DNA of 58,702 nt, the filler included, from Sphacelaria rigidula (lineage: Eukaryota): the NCBI GenBank assembly GCA_964200075.2. It is 8 parts of 8 records of this genome, joined end to end, with 100 filler letters (N's around TTAATTAATTAA, not from the genome) between each part and the next. Parts side by side here need not be neighbours in the genome. Positions count along the whole stretch, not along the records: positions 44,103 to 51,352 come from CAXNAA020015773.1; positions 51,453 to 58,702 come from CAXNAA020015774.1; 6 more parts are not named here. One strand, given 5' to 3'. A program made the position numbers and the translations under genes. Below are positions 50,847-58,702 of the stretch, piece by piece (within the stretch, counting starts at the first letter, position 1; each line of letters starts with the position of its first letter). The notes beneath the pieces are model-generated. The model made no database searches, was not told the DNA's origin, and saw only the letters and a list, made by a program, of their open reading frames with translations.

Positions 50847-51289
50847 GGTATCACGTAGTTATACTACGCAGCTGTGGTTTATGTTGTGTTCTGCAGGACG
50901 AGGCTACTAGGTGTCAGGTGACTCGGTGACTCGCGAACTAGGGCGCGTTTTCTGAGATGACTCCAGAAAAATGTTGATAATTAATTAGGAGTGAGAAGTT
51001 GGGGGATCGGGGGTTGGTTCAGAACGTTGTGGGACAAGAAGTTGCTGTATGAAGATGGAACATAATGAAGCCTACTCTTTTTCCCGCCTACGCACGCATG
51101 AAGCAGCGATGCTGATTGGTGCTGGGGTTTCTGTTGCAACATGTCGTCATGTGTTGCAATGTTCGAATGTCATTGATAGCTGATAGCAAATGGCTTCACA
51201 CAGAGTGCGGTGCGCCGTATCCGTTTCGTTCTACTGTACACAGAGGTCATAATCACAGACGTAGAAGAGGTATATCTACGAGGAGGTAA

Positions 51290-51352
51290 TGTGTTGTCGT
51301 CCCATTTATTCTGGGCACCAGTCTACACCTTTCGGTGTATGTGGGTGCATCA
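51290..51352 (-). mobile_element. SINE 3' end, cut by the contig end
   Basis: CCATTTATTCTGGGCACCAGTCTACACCT...TATGTGGGTGCATCA matches 20330-20388. Confidence 0.75.
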
Positions 51353-51452
51353 NNNNNNNNNNNNNNNNNNNNNNNNNNNNNNNNNNNNNNNNNNNNTTAA
51401 TTAATTAANNNNNNNNNNNNNNNNNNNNNNNNNNNNNNNNNNNNNNNNNNNN

Positions 51453-51886
51453 AAAGCTAGTGCCTTGAAAGGTCACTCCTGATAATATGAGATGTTGTAA
51501 AGGCTGACAACTGAAACTGGGGCCAGTGAGACTGGGGAGTCCCTCAACAGCAATGATCCACCAGTGCTTCTTCTGGCTGGCGTAATAAAATCGATATTAG
51601 TGCTAGTGTTAGTGCTAGAAACCTGCTGGAAAGTATTTCGGCGGAAGGAGTCTGGTAGCCGTGGAAAACCTGATAACCCACGAACGCGTGGAGAGGGTTC
51701 CAGCTGAGGCGGCTGCAGAAAGGCGGCTGGCCTGTGATAGATTGAGACTGGAGACTTGCCGAAGCTGCGTGCAGCGGGAATTTGGAGGCTCCTACGACTG
51801 TGTGGTGCGGCGACGAAGCAAATAAAGTGCAATTCGCGAAGGTCCGCTGGCCTGCAAAGGTTCGCAGGTAGCCAGTTACAGTCACA
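51453..51886 (+). repeat. Gypsy 5' LTR, start cut by the contig edge
   Basis: Ends GTCACA. 51453-51579 is identical to 55618-55744. Confidence 0.9.
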
Positions 51887-51888
51887 GT

Positions 51889-52390
51889 ATGGCGACCGGC
51901 TCACGAGGTATGTCCACCGTGACACCCGTGGTCATGCGGGAAGAGTTGCGACCTTCCCAATACGGGGATAGGTACTCAGAAAGTGTATCTCGCACTTATA
52001 TTACGAAATACCGGTACTTTGACTACAAGAAGCGTGTGAAGCACGCTAACGCTGGGGGTGCTGTGCAGCATCAGGTGGTGACAATGACTCAACAAGTGCC
52101 AACTTATTATGTGCAGAGAGTGTTTGCTCGCTTGGAACATGAAAAGATCGCTCTCACCTCGCCGCAATTGGTTGCGGCGATCAAAAAGCATGCTGGGCAT
52201 GCGGTGGGCATTTGTCACTGTTGTGGCCAGGTCGGCCATCACGCGACGATTGCCCAACGTCTTCCGATGGAGAGTCTGGGCAGTATCATGCCGCGCGCCA
52301 TCAGCATCGTCAGCACGAGGGCAAAATACGAGGTAATCGGGGTGGTGGCGGCAGCGGATACTCCCGCGGTGGAGGGTTCCAGTCGAGTCC

Positions 52391-52430
<40 letters not shown>

Positions 52431-53877
52431 GGGCAGCGGCGTCAGCATGGGTCTGATTCTGGGTCCGGCGCCGCTGTAGATGCTACTGCTCCGCAACGGG
52501 CGGTGCAGGTGGGACCGACTTCTACAGTGTCGAACACTGCGCCGGCGACACCGGCAGCAGCGTCAGGCGCGACGCCTGCTGACGCGCTGGTCGGAGGTTC
52601 GCCAAATTCTTGGTCTGTTGGCTGGGGATCATACCCGCCGGCGGTGCCGTTTGCACTGCCGGGGCGTCTTCGCCTGCGCAGCTTGCGCAGCCGTGGCATC
52701 GGTCGGCGAATGAATTGCCAGTGGAATTTGCGGACAGATACGTTCCTGCGGAGCTGTGTCTCCCAAATCAACGGGAGCGTGGCGCCGTCGCGGTTCGGGC
52801 TAAGTGGAATTCAGGTGCCGACTTGGCGGGTCATGTGATTCTGTCGGTACAGATTGTAGAGGTCTTGGAGCATATTCTCCCAGGTGTGCCGCTGCGCAAG
52901 CCGTTTTCGCTCGGGGCGCGGCAGGCCGTCACCGCGTTGGGTTAGTATGTTCACGTCACAGAGCGTACTGTTCCGCTGCAGCTGACTTTGACGACTTCTG
53001 GGGGCCGGCGCAGTTGCCTCCGATCTCGTTCGCGATCATGCCGGGATCGGATGGCGTTATTCTTCTTGGGTTTCCGATGCTTCGGGATATTGGAGTCGGC
53101 GCTCGGCGGTTGTTGGACTCCATGAAGACGCGGATGTCTCCGCCTGGTCCGCACTTGGAGACGACCGCCGTTTTGGGCAGTCGTCACGTGAGCTTGTCGG
53201 TGGGTGCTTGTCAGGAGGCTGGAGGGTAGGTGACCGAGGAGCGCGATGCGGCGGTGGAACGCTTGGTAGAGGGCGGCCCGGAGATATTTATTGATCCGGC
53301 GGAAGAGGAGTCCGCTCGGAAGGTCGTGCTAAAGGAGAGCGTGACGGATGCTGGGGCGACAGGCCTCAGCTTCTCAAAAGCGGAGCGCCTGCGCAGCATA
53401 TTGCATTGCCGCGTCAACGCGTTTCGTCGTGCGCTGCGGAGTGATCCTCCTGCGCGCGTGGAGCCCATGCGTGTTCAGCCAAAACCTGGGGCGTCCGCGG
53501 GGAAGACGAAGCCGCGGCGGTATGATCCAGTGAAGTCAATTTGGTTGGCGTTGTGTATGGCGGCTCTTTTGGCGCTCGGGTTGGTGTTACGGAATTTGAA
53601 GGCGGGGTGGTCCAGCCCAGATATGGCGTTTCCAAAGAAGGCTGCATCGTGGATGGAGGGCAGGCCGCAGGCATGGGCGGCAGCGAAGGATCTGGTGGCT
53701 CATACCGTGACGCTGTTCCGTCCTCGTCCTGATTGTCAGGTGTTTATGTTGCTGGATGCATCTGAGTGCCATTGGGGTAGTTTCGTCATGCAGGTGCCTA
53801 CTGTTGAAATTCAAATGCCTGTGCGCGCTGTGGCTGTGTATAGTCCAAGTGAACCTGATGACTCGATGCCGTCCTAA
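51889..53877 (+). pseudogene. Gypsy gag/protease/RT-start/RNase H-start remnants with large deletions
   Basis: CHCCGQVGH knuckle, ILLGFPML protease end, and WSSPDMAFPKK fused directly to ...AWAAAKDLV...VFMLLDASECHWG. Confidence 0.8.
51890..51901 (+). promoter_or_regulatory. Primer-binding site (TGGCGACC, tRNA-Arg-like)
   Basis: TGGCGACCGGCT lies three nucleotides after the LTR end. Confidence 0.7.
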
Positions 53878-54053
53878 TCTATTGTACGACAAGCGCAACG
53901 AAAAGACCCTGGGGCCGAAGATGCAGATGTGCAATCTTTCGAGTCGGACGTTGGTACTGCTATCTTGGACAATGAAGGTCTGTTTCGTGTGCATGTGCGT
54001 GGCCGAAACGTTTTGTGGATTCCAAGTTCTGACTAGCAGTTCAGGTACGTCTG

Positions 54054-55418
54054 ATGATTTGCGCACACATGCGCGACGCCGGGCATCGTGGTGTGGCTGC
54101 GACGCTCGTGCGCTTGCAAACGTTTTGTGTCTGGCAGAGGATAGAAACTCGTGTGCGCGAATTTGTCTGCCAGTGTCTTCACTGTGCTGACTCGAGGGCG
54201 GGAGATGTTGTTCCCCGCCCGCTCGGCGAAATGGTCCATAGGACCACGCCGAATGAAGTCGTTCATTTTGACTTGTACGTGGGTGAGAGTGGCCCGCTAA
54301 CTTCCCAAGGTCTGTCGGAGGATGCTGAGTTTCGATACATTTTGGTAATCATGGATGATTGGAGCAACTTCGTGTCTCTGGAACCAGTAGCAGTGTGTAC
54401 TGCTGAATCAACTTCTGCATCTTTGCTGAATTGGTACAAATCTTTGGGAGTACCACATGTGCGGGTGAGTGACACCACCACGCACTTCAAGAATGCGATC
54501 TTGGCCCGATTGCGAGAGGCTTTGCACGTTGATCACCAGTTTGTGGTGGCGTATTCTCCGTGGTCGAACGGTACGTGCGAACGCATGGTTAAGGGGGTAG
54601 TTCGTGCTCTCCGCTCTATTCTTCTCGAGCAGCGTAGATCGGTTTCCGAGTTGGTGAGCGTGTTGCCTGCGGTGCAATGTGCGCCCAATACAGAGTATCG
54701 TCGTCGTTACGATAGCATGCCATACCACGTGATGTCTGGTCGTGCTCCTCGGACGCCTTTCTCGGTGCTGGCGTCTTCGTCGGCGGGGGAATGGAAATGT
54801 GATGTTTTGAACGATGTTCAAATTAAGCGTGCACTGCAAGGAGTCTTGGACTTACAAGAACGTTTCCACGTTCAAGTGCAGGAACGTGTTGCAGCTGAAC
54901 GTGCTTGTAGATGTGAGGGGTTCTCGTCGGGGCTGTAACTGCCAAATTTTGAGGTAGGCAACTATGTCTTGTATGCACGCGTGCGTCGTCCGGGTGTTAC
55001 GCCCAAGTTGATGGCGACGTGGACTGGTCCATGGAGTGTGGTTAGTGCTCACCACCCGCACGTATTTGAGATTCAGAACATTTTTTCGGGTCGTGTTCAG
55101 ACCGCCCATGTAGCTCGTTTGCGCTTTTATGCAGACCCGCAGCTTAATGTTACGGCTGACTTTAAGGACGTGTTCCAGGATGCTTTCAATCAGGGGCAAT
55201 TTCAGATGGCTGGTTTTGTCCGAGTGGCGGAAGCAGACGATCGTTCGTTGATCGTGTTGGTCGACTGTGTTAGTTTCGAACTCAAGGAGCGGACGTGGGA
55301 GCCCCTGAAGGATATTTTTGAGGCCGCTCCGGAATTTCTTACGAAGAAGATGCGTAAATTGCGCGTGACTCGTGCCTTTGCTTCTCGCATTTCGAGTGAG
55401 TTTGGTATTCAATTGTGA
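54054..55418 (+). pseudogene. Gypsy integrase plus chromodomain-like tail, interrupted by a stop at 54936-54938
   Basis: HHCC motif AH...GHRG...CLHC; core HFD...YILVIMDD...VSD...YSPWSNGTCERM; PKLMATWTGPW; TWEP. Confidence 0.92.
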
Positions 55419-55492
55419 CTTACTCATCGTTTTGGCGTTTTCTATGTGTCAAGCTTGTTGCTCAATTTTCGTCCAACGCGCTTTCGGGGTGC

Positions 55493-55744
55493 TGTGACGA
55501 AAATACGCCGTTACGTTGAGTTGGTAGTGATGATATGGATAATGACTGGGGGCACGGGGATTCTGGAGGGTTCTGGATAATGACCAGGGACACGGAGATG
55601 GTACTTGCGTGTCTAGAAAAGCTAGTGCCTTGAAAGGTCACTCCTGATAATATGAGATGTTGTAAAGGCTGACAACTGAAACTGGGGCCAGTGAGACTGG
55701 GGAGTCCCTCAACAGCAATGATCCACCAGTGCTTCTTCTGGCTG
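55493..55744 (+). repeat. Gypsy 3' LTR, truncated
   Basis: Begins TGTGAC, the reverse complement of GTCACA. The match to the 5' LTR stops at 55744. Confidence 0.88.
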
Positions 55745-58063
55745 ACATCATAGACCGCACGAATCCTACGTTTTACATTACTCTCATGGCGATTCCAAAG
55801 AAAAATGGAGCAATCTGATCGGTAGTTACCGAGAAAATCTGTCCCGCTTCAAATGCAGTCTGCCGAAACGTATGTGCGATCCAGATGTACTACCCGCATC
55901 GCTGTCTAAGGGTTGAGAGTATACCGATACTACATATGACCAACGCTGGGGTGAGTGATACTTGTGCGTGTATTCCAGAGGTACAAGCTCAAGTCGTAGT
56001 GGACGGAGGCTGCGGAGGCGGTACGGCGAACATGCCGATGCCAATCTAATCAACACACACAGACGAAGAGAAGAGTATGTTCAGTCACCGTGATGTAGTC
56101 TGTTTCACTACTGTAGTATACACTATGTTCTGTGTTGCCTTGGGCTATTACATGTGTATGTTCACAAGCGGCAGCGCTTTTGTCCACAACGCAGTGGCAC
56201 GACAACTATTTTCACTCTCGGCCCCCATGTCACCAACGCAGCGGAGCCTTGGGTGTATAGACTAGACGGTATGTCACCGCTTCAGCTACGATACGTCGAG
56301 GCGTACTCGTAGGTCCCAACAAACAGTGCGAAAAAATCCTGATTTATTTAAGAATCTTGCCAAATGGAAAGATTCTTAAATAAAACAGAATGAATCTTTA
56401 TCAAAGATCCAGCTGAAATTCCCGGATCTTCCTGTCGTGATGACTGGCGCAACATCATTTTTTTTGTTCTTTTCTAGGAAAGATCGCAAACTTATTTCCA
56501 AATTTCAACCATAAGGACCGAAAAACGTGACGTGGCTACGCGCATTATACTAATAGTGGGTGAAACTGTCAAATGGAAGCTATTTCTTTACCGTTCTTTA
56601 CCATTCTTCGTTCCCCTTCACGTCATAAACCGGGAGGGATCTTTCTCAAAGATCCATTTGGAGAATCCTCGATGTCATTTCAGGATCTCCGTTGAGTTTT
56701 CTCAAAGTCGTAGTCCAGGACATCTGAACTATTTGTCCAATGATCCAGGATCGCCGAGTTTGAGATACCTCTATTCGAAAGCAAGGAGCATGAAACGTTT
56801 TGCAGGTGAAAGAACGCGGATTATTTATATATTTTCTCGAATAAAATCTAATTTCTTGAAAAAATGTGTGGAAAAAATAGAAATAATTGAGAAAAAATAT
56901 TTTTTCAATAAAAATGATTGAATATATAGAGGAGAAAAGCTATCTTCCCCTGTGAGTGTTACATGCGCTTGCAAGAACTCTATCGTCGTTCTTTCATACC
57001 TGGCGGGGGGACGGGAAACACACCCTCCCTCAGGTAACAAGATTCCTTTCAATCATGTGGACGTATTTGACAAAACCGAACTGCTTTGTTTCTACAGCTG
57101 TTGCGAAATTCGGTACATGTTGTCACGGTGGGTGACCTCTGTTCAGACGGCAGTCAATACAGTAGAGCAACGAAAGCTAGCTATGATCGGGTTTGCCTGA
57201 CATACTGCCGCCAGCGTTGCTTGAAAGCCACAAGACCTTCGTGGTCGGCGGTTGATGGCGTTGGTGTCAAATGCAACGACAAGTGGTTGATCATAGAGCG
57301 CTCTTGTGCCTCGTGAGGTCATATCTCGCCCCAGCTTGTACTGCATGACCTCCTCACATGGAAATCAATTCTGGAAAGCTGCTGTACCGAGGTGTTCACG
57401 CAGCCAGTGTGTGCTCCAGATTGCAGCATTGACGCATCCCTCTGCACCACGCTAGCAACCGTTAGGTCACCACCATGGGTATCTTTTTTCACTCCGCATG
57501 TCAAGAAGGTCTCCACAAGTGTTTGATCTCTCACCCCCCGCCCCCCCCCCCCAACTGGCCTGTGGCACGCTCTTGTGGTCGGGCACCTAGATGATCACAT
57601 GTCGGGTAAAATCAACGATGAACAACACCCCCCAAGTTCAAATTGGATCTCTTATTGCCGCAGCACCGTCCTTGCTGCCATGTGTGTGACAGAGAACAGT
57701 AGCGGTGACGGGAATATTGCCCTGTTTTTCAACGACATGTTTTTCAGTGCACAGAGGCGCGCCCCGTCAAAAAAGAGAGGCAGAGAGAAATCGATCTTCG
57801 CATTGGTGAGCTCCACAGACATGAAGAGACGCGATCCCTCCGCACCTCGATGTTGTTTAGGGGACTGTGCGTAGCAAGATAATAACATGCCTACCGGCAC
57901 ATGGAAAATTGGATACACGCTGGTAACATGCATGATGCCAGTCTCTCGAGTGATTGGTAATCGCTGAGCGAGGACACACAAAGGACACGGGCGAGGAGCT
58001 TCCTCTCTGTCGTTGCTTCTCTCTCTGGCGATATCGTCATCGACACGCGTGTACACTGCATTC

Positions 58064-58702
58064 GTTCGGTGCACCTAGCCACAACTGCTTCACTGCTACG
58101 GACATTTCGGGGGGAAGATGACTTCGCTCTGCGTAACTGTTTTGCGTCATCCCTCCAAAAACTTTATGCCACGTGAGCCTCATTCTAGAGATCAACCCCA
58201 TTTTCCAGGATCCACTGTTATTTAGAGTTTGTACCCTGAAAATCGGTATGGACAATGAATAGGGCATACTAGGAAACAAACACCAGTGCACACAGTTTTT
58301 TTTTCCGTGAATTCAGGGTAATAATCAGCTTTCAGGTATCCGTGAAATGCCCTCAGCTCATGAAAAAACAAATCAAACAAAAACCTTGTGTGCACTGGTA
58401 TTTCTTTTTATTATGCCCTATTCATTGTCCATGCCAAGTTTCAGGGTCCAACTTCACAAATTGGCCGGTTGATGGGCCTGCCAACTACAAAATCGCTTCT
58501 CGTTTGGCCCAGCTCGTAGTGTAGACGTATCATTACGGCACCGGATAACAGTGGATCCTCGACAATGGGGTTCATCCAAAACATGAGGTTAAAGTGGCAT
58601 TTCTCTTTTGCAGGGAAGATGCGAAACACTTACGACCGAGGGAAGCCATCTTCCCCCGAAATGCCCGCAGCAGTTAAACAGCTGTGGCTAGGTGCACCTA
58701 AC
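58064..58702. mobile_element. MITE with imperfect TIRs of about 100 bp
   Basis: GTTCGGTGCACCTAGCCACAACTG...CATTTCGGGGGAAGATG versus CATCTTCCCCCGAAATG...CAGCTGTGGCTAGGTGCACCTAAC. The right end reaches the contig end, so no TSD can be assessed. Confidence 0.82.

Larger units (their letters stand above)
51453..55744 (+). mobile_element. Internally deleted Ty3/Gypsy LTR retrotransposon with a C-terminal chromodomain-like region
   Basis: Two LTRs, PBS, gag zinc-knuckle remnant, order PR-(RT)-RH-IN, GPY/F-like motif WTGPWSVV, chromo-like TWEPLKDI. Confidence 0.93.

Overview
Eukaryotic, repeat-rich DNA with spliceosomal introns. The repeat types and gene style suggest a stramenopile, probably a brown alga (inference). 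The window is not one locus: it is eight contigs of 7250-7251 bp joined by identical 100-nt linkers (N44-TTAATTAATTAA-N44), so adjacency across gaps carries no information. Contig 1 is a decayed Ty1/Copia LTR retrotransposon. Its whole leader, between a PBS-like site and the gag start, is an 888-bp near-perfect hairpin (439-bp arms, 17 mismatches by hand count, no indels, GAAA in the loop), preceded by a short ORF that stops at the stem base. This is the most unusual object in the window. Contig 8 is an internally deleted, RT-less, chromodomain-type Gypsy element whose LTRs are identical where they overlap. Other content: five exons of an ABCC/MRP transporter, a large orphan exon, LINE fragments, a tRNA-derived SINE family, MITEs of the Tc1/mariner, hAT and P-like types, a possible tyrosine-recombinase relic, and several smaller hairpins.
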